Below are positions 40,255 through 51,653 of a DNA stretch of 64,000 bases, piece after piece. The stretch covers positions 248,001-312,000 of the forward strand of contig JAIVFI010000003.1 of the NCBI GenBank assembly GCA_025558095.1. The letters are read 5' to 3'. The position numbers were made by a program, and so were the translations under genes. The notes below the pieces were generated by a model, which did not search any database, had not been told where the DNA came from, and saw only the letters and a program-made list of their open reading frames with translations. How positions within the stretch are numbered: position 1 is the first letter of the stretch; every line of letters starts with the position of its first letter. Source of the DNA: Hyaloraphidium curvatum SAG 235-1 (lineage: Eukaryota; Fungi; Monoblepharomycota).

Positions 40255-42258
40255 TCAAACCACCTCCGCATCCAGCACCGTCAGACACGCCCCGATCAGG
40301 TGCAGGCTCCCGGTCACGAGAGCCCTAGTAGCTGTCCGATTACTCCCCCCCAGGCCTTCGGCGAGCTTCACGGCGTCTTCGACCGTTGCGGTGACGCTCG
40401 CGTCCGGCCGCTTCCCACCCGCACCGCCAAGGGTATCGAGCAAATGCTCCCAGCTGGACAGCATTGTCCGTTGGTTTTCCAGTGTGGGATCTTTGTCCAC
40501 CATGTTGTTGACCAGGTCTGCGAAGAAGAGCATTAGTCGCGATCGCTTCGGACGGCAAGGAAGTCGACGCGTACCCGGCGATGCGTCCTTGGGCTTGGTC
40601 TCGTACGCCGTCACCGTGGTAAACACAACATGGGTAAAGGGACGCTCCTTGTGGAGCTCGACCAGCGGCACGAGCAGCTTGTCCGCCGACCTGCCGCTGG
40701 TGCAGGAAAAAACAAGGACGCTGAACAGCTCCGCCGGCAGGTCGGCCCTAAAGGTAGTGCGGAACCATGAGCAGCACGCCTTGGGAGCACAATCAAACGA
40801 GTGAGCCATTGCCTCGATGTCGCCGGAACCACGGACCTCGAGGCTTTCAACTGTATGCGCACCGTCCAAGAACCAGTTGACGTGGCCGCCTTGTTGGCGG
40901 AACTCCTGCCCACGACCGGGCCACCGCGCCGCCTTCAAACCTTCCTTGATGAAGTCCGGCAATTCGAAGCCCGGAGGAAGCGTGTCGGAGGGGACGCCGA
41001 CTGCAGCACTGGGCTGCGTTGGCAAAGCCAGAGGAGGCTCGACGGCATAGCGCTTCTGGCAAAAGGTGCGACACAATGCGACTGCGAGGGCCGCATTTGT
41101 ACGCTGGTGGCTTCCGTGCAAGCCTGGAGGTGGGTGAGAAGCAGCCAGTGCGCCCAAGGTTCTCCCGCCTACCCAGCTCCAAAGAACCTCCGCCCGGGTA
41201 TGCCTCCAACGGCAACACCATCCTCAAGGCGGTATTCCGCTCTTCCGCCCGCTTCGCCAGCATCGCCAAGGCCTCGGGTTCCTGCAGGACGGTGAAGGCA
41301 GGCACGCCCGGCTTGCAAATCCCGCCTTTGTGCCACGCGATCTGGTCCAAGGTGTCGCCGAGGATGGCCTGGTGGTCGTACCCCAGGGACGTGATCCCGC
41401 ACACGACGGGCTTCTCAATCACGTTGGTCGCGTCGTATTCGCCGCCGATTCCGACCTCGATCACCGCCACGTCCACCTGGCCGACGTGAGGCTTCGCGTT
41501 GGCCGAACCAACAATGCCGCCCACCTTCTCGGACAAGAACACGTGGAACGCCATCAACGTCAGGTAGCGGAAGTAGTTCGGGATCTCCGCATGCCCGTAT
41601 TTGGCCGCCAGGTCCTGCCGCCCTCCGAGGTCAACGACGGTCCCGGCGGGCAGGGAAGAGACCCACCTTGGTCGCCTCGAACTTTTCCCACACCTCAAAG
41701 AAGTACTTCGCGAACACGTCCCTCGCCAACGGCCTCCCGTCGATCCTTATTCTCTCCCGCACCTCGAGGATGTGCGGCGAAGTGTACAGCCCCACCCGCG
41801 GCCGCCTCCCTGTCCCGTCGCGGAACCCGCCCAGGATCGAGGCCACGAACGCGCACGTGGACCCCTTCCCCTTGGTCCCCGTCACGTGTATCATGTTGAG
41901 CGCATCCAGATCCGAGGCCTGCGGGGCGTCGTCGGTCCCCGAACCCCCCGCGGCGCGGAAGACGGACCTTGTACCCGAGCCGCTCCAGAAACTCGTGCAT
42001 CTCCGGTATCGACCTCTTGTTCATCGCGTCCCGGGACTGCCTGACGATCTGCAGCACCGCAGCATTGCTCTGCAGCCCGTTGAGCTTGTTGACCGCGTCC
42101 TGCGAGGGCATGGTCGGCCCCAGATCCCGGGAGGTCTCGGACGCGGGACCCACGCCGTAGCTCGGATCCGAAGCCATCGCGCCCTCCCGCCCCCGCCGCC
42201 GGATCGAATTCGTCGTTGCAAAGAGCCGCCACAGGATCCGTGCGGGGTGAACTGGCAT
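40255..42258 (-). CDS. MET7: folylpolyglutamate synthase; second in-frame ATG at 42177
   Basis: LNGLQSNA, IHVTGTKGKGSTC, GLYTSPH, EVGIGGEYDATN, IAWHKGGI, WPGRGQ, FLDGAHT and LVTGSLHLIG. Confidence 0.93.
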
Positions 42259-42458
42259 CAAAGCATTGCGGAGAGATTTCGTCGCAGGACGCGGCGCCGG
42301 TGCAAACAAAGCGACACCGGAGCCACGTCGCACCGAATTCGCCGTGCATTAGAGTTACGTTCCATACAGTGCCTAAGGTCTATAAGCTCTAGCTCAAAGT
42401 CAAGGTATCGCATCCGCCCACTTCCAGGACGATAGATAAGCAGCCCGACGCACAATGA

Positions 42459-44478
42459 TCATTTCCTGCAAAGCGGGAAGCGGTGAGAACGATCCGTCGG
42501 AACCAGAGCCAGAGAGACCCACTTGATGATGTCAAAGCCCTTGGGCGGCAAGATGAGGGCGTACATGACGGCCACGCACTCCAGGATGGTGCCCACGAAC
42601 TGGAGCACAAAGATGACCGGGAGCAGCAGGATCACGAGCCACCACGGGTAGCCGGCGTCGATGTTCTGGATCGTCATGCCCATGATGTAAAGGTAGACGA
42701 AGACAACGAAGCTGAAGTCCTTCAGGAAGCCGAACCAGCGCGGCGTGCCCATGGGGAAGAAGAAGCCCAGGGCGATCGAGATGATGGTCACGTAGAGGGC
42801 GAGCATGCCCAGGGTCCAGAAGAAGGCCCACAGGCGGGGGAGGAAGGCGTTGAGCCGGCGGATGCCGACGTACCACCTGCGAGGGGTGGCGGTTCAGCGA
42901 CGGTCCACTGCGCGCCGATGCGATGAACTCACCGTCTGCGCTGCTTCAGGAAGTCCATGAGCGTCTGCGGGCTCTGCTCGCGCACGATGGCAGGCACGGC
43001 GCCGCAGCGGTATCCCTTCTTCCACGCATGCAGGGCAAACTCGAAGTCCTCGGTCAAACCTGGGGATGTAGCGCATCAGCAACCCGTGCCGCCGCCCCAA
43101 ATGCAGCGCAAGACACTCACTGCCGAGATCCCACGTCACCGAGTTCTCCACCTCGCCGTTGGTGAGCAGGAACGACCCGTGCGCACCAAAGATGGGCCGG
43201 TGGATGTAGGTGTACTGCAGCTGGAACCGCGACAGGTCGTCGCCCACGCGGATGGCGTCCGCGACGGTGAAGACCCAGTTCTTCCAGAATCGGTACTGGT
43301 TGTAGAAGATGGGCCCCTGGCCGAACTGGTAGTCCGTGTACCAGATGAACTCGAGGATGCGGCGCACGCCGTAGACGTCGATCACGGACTCCTCGTCCAG
43401 GTGCAGGATCCAGTCGTTCTCGGTCAGCTTGAGCTGCCGGCGGTACCACTCGAGTGCGCGCGCCTTGTACTTGGAGTTGTCCGTGGTGAAGCCCTTGGGG
43501 CACGACCAGCAGTTGATGTCCGGGTAGTAGTACGGCTCGTCCGTCACCACGTGCACGCGCACGGCCGGGTGCACCTGCTCGAGGTGCAGCATGGCGTTGT
43601 AGGAGCGGTACACGGCCTCCTTGTTAGAGCCGCGGGTGATGATGCAGATGTAGAGGTTGTCGACCTCGCGGCGCTTCAGCTCGCGCTGGTCCACCTCGTC
43701 GAATTTGGGGAAGGTCTGGTAGGGCAGGATGAGCCCGATGAAGCAGATGAAGGTGTAGGGCAGCGGGAGGAGCCAGCCTGTGCATCGCGGGTGCATGAGC
43801 GTCAACGCGGGTGGCGGGGGGATGCGGGGGAGGGCACCAACCGAGCTTCCACCAGCACGACGTGTTCCACATCTCGTCGTCCACGTAGAACTGCGGCACG
43901 TAGAAGGTCATGATGTAGGTGAAGGTGAAGACGACGACGAGGTGCACGATCCAGGCGTGCGAGATAAGGAACATGGACAGGCCGGGGCGGAACTTGAGGC
44001 TCTCCTCCGGCACGAGGATGCCCCCCGAGTCCTGCGAGTCGGCGTCCGAGCTGCCCGCCAGCGACTTTGTCTTTGGCGAGCCCGACTCGAGGTCGCGGTC
44101 CAGCGACGACGCCTTGTTGTCCTTTTCGGTGGCGGCGGTGGACGAGCCCGAGTCGGACCCGTCCTCCACCTTGCCAAACTCCTCGTGGTCCGAGCCGGGG
44201 TCCGCAGCGTCGCCGACGGCGGTCTCGGCCAGGCTGTTGAGCGAGTTTGCCGAGGGGCTGCTGTTCATGTAGCTGCGCTGCAGCATCAGCCGCGTTGCTG
44301 CGGGGTTCTGCGCGGCGGCCTGCGCCTGCGCGGACAGCCCGAGCTGCGGCGCCGATGCGGCGGGGGCCATTTCCAGGGCCATGTTCCGCACGGGGATCGG
44401 GGCCAGCGGCCGCGACTGCTGCCGCGGCGGGGGGGACGCCATGACCATCTCGGGGGCCGGCTGCTGCGAGGGGTTCAT
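42459..44478 (-). CDS. egghead/BRE-3-like GT2 glycosyltransferase (putative beta-1,4-mannosyltransferase)
   Basis: IITRG, SKYKARALE, WILHLDEES, ADAIRVGDD, GAHGSFLL, spliced GSLTEDF and EQSP..DFLKQRRRW, N- and C-terminal TM helices, and terminal PKGFDIIKK. Confidence 0.88.
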
Positions 44479-45397
44479 CGCTGCGGGAGTGCGTGTGCAC
44501 GCTGCAGCGGCAATCTGCGGGAGGCGGTCAGCGGCCTGATGAGGGCAGCGGGGGCTCAGGGTGCCGGGGCCGGGGGTGCCGCGGGGGCCCCTGGCAGCCG
44601 CCCAGCCCTGCGCCTCCGCGCCCCGCCGTGCGGTGTGCGATGCTCACCGGTGCTGAGAGCGGCGGCGCGGGCGGCTGCGATGGCCGCGGGCGGTCGCTGT
44701 GCAGCGGCGCGGGGCGGCGGCGGTGCCCGGCGATCCGCGATCCGGCGGCGCGGCGGGCGGCGGGCGGCGGCGCGGGCGCGGGTCCGCGGCCGAGATCCGC
44801 TGTGGGGCCGTCGAAAGCCGAGCCGAGCTGAGGGAGGGAGAAAGCGCAGGAGATTTCCGGGCGAGGGCGGGAGTGCGCGTGGGCTTAGCAAGTATTGCCT
44901 TTCCTTTCCGGGTTGATGAGGCTGTCCCGGGCCCACCTGGGGCCGGCCGCCCGAGCCAGCGCGGCCATGGCAAGCCACCACTTCAGCCGCACTGGAACCA
45001 ATCCACCCGTGGCCGGCCGCAGAGGCTTCGTCGCTGGGGACCCTGCCTGCCGCTGATCAAAAGCCCTCACGTGCTCCCGACGGCCATCAAACCGTGCAGG
45101 ACCGCGATCGGCCGGCTCCAGCCCCGCGATCGGATGGATCTCGCCGAACACTAGGCAGTTTTGTGGACGTCGGGGTGCCCGGAGGTGCGACCCTGCAATC
45201 TGCTGCGGGTCGGCGGCGGGCGGGCGGCTCTGCAGCACCGGTCAGCCCCGCCCGTCCATTTCCAGCTCCCCCAAACCGCGACATGGCGCCGGCGCTGCCC
45301 GGCGGCCGCAGATAGCAGCAGCCCACTTCGGTACCAAATCCGCACGCCCTGCCCCGGGCGGTGCGGCGTCCCCCTTCCTCCCCGCCCCGTCGCCGCC

Positions 45398-47026
45398 ATG
45401 TCGGCAAAGAGCCGCCAGGCGCAGCGCCGCGCCTGGCGCATCGTCAAGGCGGTCCTCGCCATTACCCTCTCCCTCGCCGCCATCGCCGGCATCAGCTACC
45501 GCATCTCGCAGATGCACAAGGCGGCCGTCTCGCCCGTCTTTGACCCGCAGCCCAACCAGTGCGCGTACGGGGCGGACCCCTCGTACGGCAACTACTCGCG
45601 GCTGGAGCCCCCGATCCCCGTGCCGTACCTGGGCATGTCGATCGACTGGCAGGTGGGCGGGCCGCGATTGCTCCCCGGGCCCCGGCCAACCCCCCCGCAG
45701 GTCGACGGGCCGTACCAGCTGGACCGCCGCGTGGGCCGCAAGGTCGGCGTCGTCGGCGGCTGGGTCAAAATTTTCGACGACTGGTACGAGAGCGAGATGA
45801 TGAACTGGATGGCCCAGGTGCTGGCCAAGGCGGCGGTGCAGGAGGGCGGGCAGAGCAGCTCCATTCTGCTCATTACGCTCATGCCCGAGATCGACATGGA
45901 CCGCATCGAGGACAAGACCTTCACCGAGGTCGCGGACCAGTGCGCCTACATCAATCTGCACTACGGTGTGCCGATCCTGCTGCGGTTCGCACACGAGATG
46001 AACGGTTGGTTTGCTTTGGGCAGTGCTCTCCCGTGCCCGCTCATTCCCCGCCCCTTCAGGCAACTGGAACCCCTATGGCCAGAAGCCGATCGCCTACCGG
46101 CGAGCATGGCGTCGCCTCGTCCCGCTCATCCGTGCGCGGACGAACCTGACGGCGACCATGTGGGCGCCTAACATGGGCGAGAACTACCCCTACACCTCCA
46201 CCCCCCTCGTGGTGCGCCCGGGCGACGCCGAGCTGGCCGTGCGTGTGCTCGGCTGCCGTGTGCATGCCCCGTGCTCACATGCTGCTCCCCTCGCGCAGGA
46301 AATGGACACGAACGGCGACGGCTTCGTGGACGTCCGCGACGACCCCTACTCCCCCTACTACCCCGGCGACGACCTCGTCGACTGGGTCGGCATGTCCGTC
46401 TACTGGTTCGGACAGCAGTGGCCCGAGACCCTGAATCTGGTCCCCCCGCCGCAACGGTTCGTGGACGTGATCCGGGGGCAGTACCGGACCTCGATCGCCG
46501 CGGGGATCACGTACGATTTCTACGCGCGCTTCTCCGAGGGGCACTCCAAGCCCATGGCGATACCCGAGTCGGGCGCGGTGTTCTACTCGCTGCCCGTGGC
46601 GCCGGGGGACGGCCAGCTGGCCATCAAGGAGGCGTGGTGGCGGCAGGTGTACAACACCACGGTGTTTGCGCAGTTCCCGAGGCTCAAGCTCGTCAGCAAC
46701 TTCGAGGAGTCCAAGGTGCGTAGAACGCTGTGTTCGCCGTTCGGTATCCTCACGCTCCTTTCAGACCGAAGATCGCGGAACGGTCGATTACAGTGAGTTT
46801 CCTGCGCGGAGCTTGGGTTGACAACGCAGCTGACCTTCCTTGCAGCTCTCACGTACCCGCCAATTGGCGAGTTCTTCCTCTCGGAACTACCTTATTCCAA
46901 CATGGTGTTCGGCGACCAGTTCACCTACTCTTGCGACGGTGGGTCGTCGCAATCGGACAGGCATCCCCTTCCGCCATAGCTAATCTGGTCGGCCTTACCT
47001 CCGCAGGCCACATCTGGGGCAAATAG
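45398..47026 (+). CDS. GH26 glycoside hydrolase (beta-mannanase-like) with N-terminal signal anchor
   Basis: TM segment IVKAVLAITLSLAAIAGI; LLRFAHEMNGNW (acid/base Glu); YYPGDDLVDWVGMSVY; KPMAIPESGA (nucleophile Glu); KEAWWRQV. Several introns. Confidence 0.88.
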
Positions 47027-47210
47027 AGCTGCTGATTTAGACCGCTAATGCTGATGGAGCGTATAATCGATTGATTCTTATTCTCGATTCGTTCCGACAC
47101 CGTTTCTTTAGTGCTCTGACAGGTAGACTCGCCGCGCAAACAATTCCGATCTCGAGTCGTCTTTCTTCGATCTAGTTGACATATTCTATCGGAGAAGCCG
47201 CGCCCGAAAA

Positions 47211-47332
47211 TGGCGAGCGGCCATCGAAGCCTCACACTTTCTTTGAGTCCTCCTAGGCAAAGCGAAGATCGTGGCGAGCGGCCATCGAAGCCTCAAATTT
47301 TCTTTGAGTCCTCCTGGTGAAAGCGGAGATCG
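47211..47332. repeat. two-unit tandem duplication (~61-nt period) covering the GLN4 last exon
   Basis: TGGCGAGCGGCCATCGAAGCCTCA..TTTCTTTGAGTCCTCCT occurs at 47211 and 47272. Confidence 0.9.
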
Positions 47333-50045
47333 GAATCAGATTGGCACCAGCATTCCGCAAGCGCCCAACGCACCTTGAGGCTGCACGTGAGGTTAAACAC
47401 CAGCTTGCCCTTCTCCACATCCGAGTCCTTGTCGACGCAGAAGTACCCCAACCGGAGGAACTGGAACTTGTCCTCGACCTTGGCGCCCTTGACCCCTACT
47501 TCGGCGTATGCCGACGGGTAAACCTTGAGCGAGTCCGGGTTCATGGCCTTGAGCCAGGCAGGCACGGGAGGTTGCTCGCTGCCGGCGGATGCGACGGATT
47601 CCGCCACGGCGGATGCCGGCTCGGCGGCACCTTCGCCCTCTTCGGCCTTGCCCTCGTCCTCCTCCATGTCCACGGCAAAGAGGTTCGAGTACTCGCGAAC
47701 CTCGATCTTGACGGGAGAACTGTGCTTGGCCGACTCGGCGACCCACTGGATGTAGGTCTTTGGCTTCTTTGCCGAGCCCGCGTTTTCGTACACGGCGTGC
47801 ACCTCCGCGACCTTGCCGGTCGCGGGGTCCTTGGTGAAGCCGGTCGCGGTGATGGGGAAGGGGACGTTGAGCAGGCCTATCGTCTTGCCCGGCGCGAGAC
47901 GGAAGTAGTTGGGTTCGTCCGCCTCGCGGAAATCCGAGGCATCGATGTAGATCGTCCTCGTGAAGGGCACCACGTGAGTGCCCATTGACTCGTCGCGGGG
48001 CTTGTTGGCCACGGTGATCTCCTCCAGGTAATCCTCCGGCAGGTTGGTGAGGACGATCTTCACCGGTTCCAGGACCACCATCAAGCGCGGGGTGATCTCG
48101 TTCAGGTGGTCCCTCACGTAGTTCTCCAGGCGCGAAACCTCGATCGTGGGCGACGCGGTGGTCACGCCGAGCTCGCGCACAAAGGCATTGATGGCTTCGG
48201 GGGTGAAGCCACGTCTGCGCAGCGCCGCGAGCGTGTAGAGTCGGGGATCGTCCCATCCCGACACGTAGCCGTCCTCCACGAGCTTCCTCAGCTTTCGCTT
48301 CGACATGACGGAGCCCTTGAGGTTGAGCCTCCCGTACTCCCACTGCACCGGCTTGTACACCTCGAGGGCGTCGCACAGCCAGTAGTAGGATTCGCGGGCC
48401 AGCTGGAACTCCAGGGTGCAGAGGGAATGGGTAATGTTCTCGAAGGAATCGCACAGGCAGTGAACGTAGTCATAGGTCGGGTACACGCACCACGCGTCGC
48501 CCGTCCGAACGTGCGGCGTATAGAGCACGCGGTACGCGACCAGGTCCCAGAACTGAGGATTCGGGTTCTGCATGTCCATCTTCATGCGGAGCGTGACCAC
48601 GCCTTCGGGATATCGGCCGTCCTTCATCTTTTGGAACTCGGCCAGGCTCTCCTCGATCGGACGGTTGCGGTGCTCGCATTCCACCCTGGGCCCGCCACCC
48701 TCCCCGCGGTTCTTCTTCATCTGGGCCTGGGTGCAGTGGCAGACATACGCCTTGTCCTTCTTGATGAGCTCCACCGCGAGATCGTAGAGCCGCTGGAAGT
48801 GGTCCGACGCGTACGTGATCTTCCACGGCTCGAATCCCAGCCACCGAACCATCTCCAAGATGGCGTCAAAGAACTTGACCTCCTCCGCCTCCGGGTTCGT
48901 GTCGTCGTAACGAAGGTAGCAGTTCCCTTTGTGCGCCATGGCGTAGCCAAAATTCACGTTCATGGCCTTGGCGTGGCCAATGTGGAGGTAACCGTTCGGT
49001 TCCGGGGGGAACCGCGTCAACACCACCCCACCAGTCTCCCGCAAATGTTGTGCCATGAGCTCCTCCTTAATCTGCTTGTTGCCCCCGGGTTTATGCAGGC
49101 GGGACAGGTCCCCTTCAAAGACGAACTCGAGGCTCTTGGCCGATTCCAGCACCCTGTTCTTTGCCGGGGCCGCCGCCGTCTCCTTCGCGGCGGAAGCGCC
49201 ACTAGCGGCACTCGGAGCTTCAACCTTTGTTTCCTTTTTCTGCGACCCGAGAGATCGGTGAGTCAAGTTCTGGACGAACCACCACCACAGCCCACCTTTT
49301 GCTTCAGTAGCTTGGGGTCATCGCGCTCGTCTTTGGGGCCCAAGAGCTTCTCCACCTGCGCGTCGACCTCTTTCTTGACTTCCAAGGGCGGGGCCCATCT
49401 GAGCCTCCTTTGGGCTTCCTTGACCATGAGCGAGGCGAGTTTGTAGCGCTCCGCTTCGAGCTCTGCGCGCCTTGATTCCAGGAGCAGTTTCACATCCGCA
49501 GCGATTTCCTCCGGGGTTACAACAACGCCTAGAAGAACAACTGTAAGGCCGAATGCCGTGAAGACGACAAACCGAGCATGCCCACCGACTCCGCATGCCG
49601 CGTCAAAGTCCGCGTCCACGATCCCGGCTGAAGGAGGGAGGGCGTCGCAAAACCTCACGGCAGCTGCAAACAGGTCGCCATGAGACTACATCTCGGGGTC
49701 CAAGGTCGCGATGGCGCACCGTCCACCTGGGCAGCCGTCTTGAGCTTCCCGGCGGTGATTGCACGCGCGATGTAGGGCAAATGGGGCAGGGCATCCTTCG
49801 TAATGGTCGATGCCAACGTGTAGATCAAGGATCCCGTTGCCTTTTCGGCTCCAGAAGCCAGGCCGCTCTGGGAATGAATGAAAGGTGTCGGTGGAACAGT
49901 TGCGGAGATGCCAGGGGACGCTGACCTCGTTGATGGCCAGCGCGAGGTTCGCCGACAGCTTCTTGTTCGAAATTACTTCTTTGGACTTGGCTTCCGAAAT
50001 TCCAACTGCCTGGAAGAGGACCAGCAGCTCCTCTGGGGACGCCAT
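47293..50045 (-). CDS. GLN4: glutaminyl-tRNA synthetase
   Basis: Eukaryotic N-terminal extension (FDAACGVG), TRFPPEPNGYLHIGHAK, RYDDTNPE, ITHSLCTLEF, VMSKRKL, GWDDPRL and FQFLRLGYF. Confidence 0.97.
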
Positions 50046-50224
50046 TTGTGGATGTTGACGTCCTGCTGCCTGCTGATGAGTCGAGTGCGAACAACGGCCG
50101 GAACCACACCACACACCATGGGCCGCTCGCACAGCTCGCTCTGCTTGCTGACGTGCGGCTAGGCACGCGCTCGCAGGTTCCAACAGGCTCTCCGCGCGCG
50201 AGCTGGAGGGCGCAGCGCGGTGCA

Positions 50225-51616
50225 ATGGAGTCCGGGGCGGCCGATCGCGCGGACCTGCTCAGGCTCGCCAGAGACAACGACATGCTGCGCAAGCAGAACA
50301 GCGACCTCGGTACGGAAGCGGAAACGAACTTTAGAGCTGCGGCTGAAGTTATCTCCGGCAACGCGTGCGATCGTTCGCGGGAACGGACCACGGTTCTGGC
50401 CACAGCCAAGATCAACGCCAGCTACGCGACGAAGCTGCGGGACTCTGAAAGAGACAAGCTTGAGCTTGCGCAGTCAAACCGCGAGCTTCGGACGGAATTG
50501 GCGAGGCGCGTGCGGTCTTTCCGTTGCAACTCTACGTCTCACTGATTGGGGCATCACAGGATCAAATCGCAGCTCGCAACGCAGCGCCACCGCATCCGGA
50601 ACGCAGAGGAGGAGAAGCGTCTTCGCTTACGGGAGGATGTTGCCTGTGCCCTGGAGATTGTTTCCTCGACCCTGAAGTGTGCGGTTGATTCTGTCGGGGA
50701 AGCCATGCAACGCCTGGCCTTGGGTACGTGACCCCTGTACAGCATTCCGACTGGACCCAACTCAGGGACTCTTAGAGCGCGATGGGGTCGTCGGGGATCA
50801 GCGGCGTAGCAGCATCGCAACGAGCGTTTCGTCGGCCGACAGTGCCCTGAGCCGCAGCCGCATTCCGGAGATCGCCGCAGTGAGCCGAAGCACCGTCTGA
50901 ACACGAAAACCGATCTTTGACGTGTCTGTCAGATGTCAACGATCTGCAAAAGTCCGGTGAGGTTCAAATCGAGAGAGCAGCCGCAGGAAAGGTAGGTTGG
51001 TGAGGTGAAGGATGCGGGGCGCTGCGCTGAGCCAGGTGATGTCATCCACCAAGGATCGTGCGACCGGATCGACTTGCGAGAATCATCGAAGTGGCAACTC
51101 CCTCAAGCGTCACTTCAAATGAAAACCGTCTCGTTTCGAAGCTGCCGAATGGGATTCAGCATCCGGTCGATCAACGCCGCGTGGAGCTGACTTTGGGCAA
51201 GGCGTCGACACCCGAGCCACGGCGCGGTACCCTTCAATCACCGTCTGCGGATCTGTCGCCGAAGCCTCAACATCAGGAGGGCACAGTGGCAACTCCGGCG
51301 GGTGATTCGACTCGGGAGGGCAAATCTCGGGACGAGTCGGCTCTCCGGAGCACCCGGCGTCCAGTCAACGTCATCAACTACGCAGAACCCAGCATCCGCA
51401 CGTGGGTAACCAACCATGCTTTTGGAGTTACGTGTCTCATCCTTTGTGGTTGGTGTTTCATCCTTTATGGTTGCGTGTCTCGTCCCTCATGGTTGCAGGA
51501 AGCTTCGCCGAGGCGACAAACCCCCGGAGGGTCAGATCGGCTGGACTTCGTCTTCGGCGCCACTCGGCGATGTCACCAACACTCGCGGCCAGAAGGGGAT
51601 GAGGCGTCAGGATTGA
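50225..51616 (+). CDS. SGO1: shugoshin-like protein
   Basis: N-terminal coiled coil (LRKQNSDL..AKINASYATKLRDSERDKLEL) and spliced C-terminal SGO motif RSTRRPVNVINYAEPSIRT|KLRRGD. Internal exons approximate. Confidence 0.75.
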
Positions 51617-51653
51617 TTATCATCTATGTAGAGCATTCTTTGTGAACAGGATA

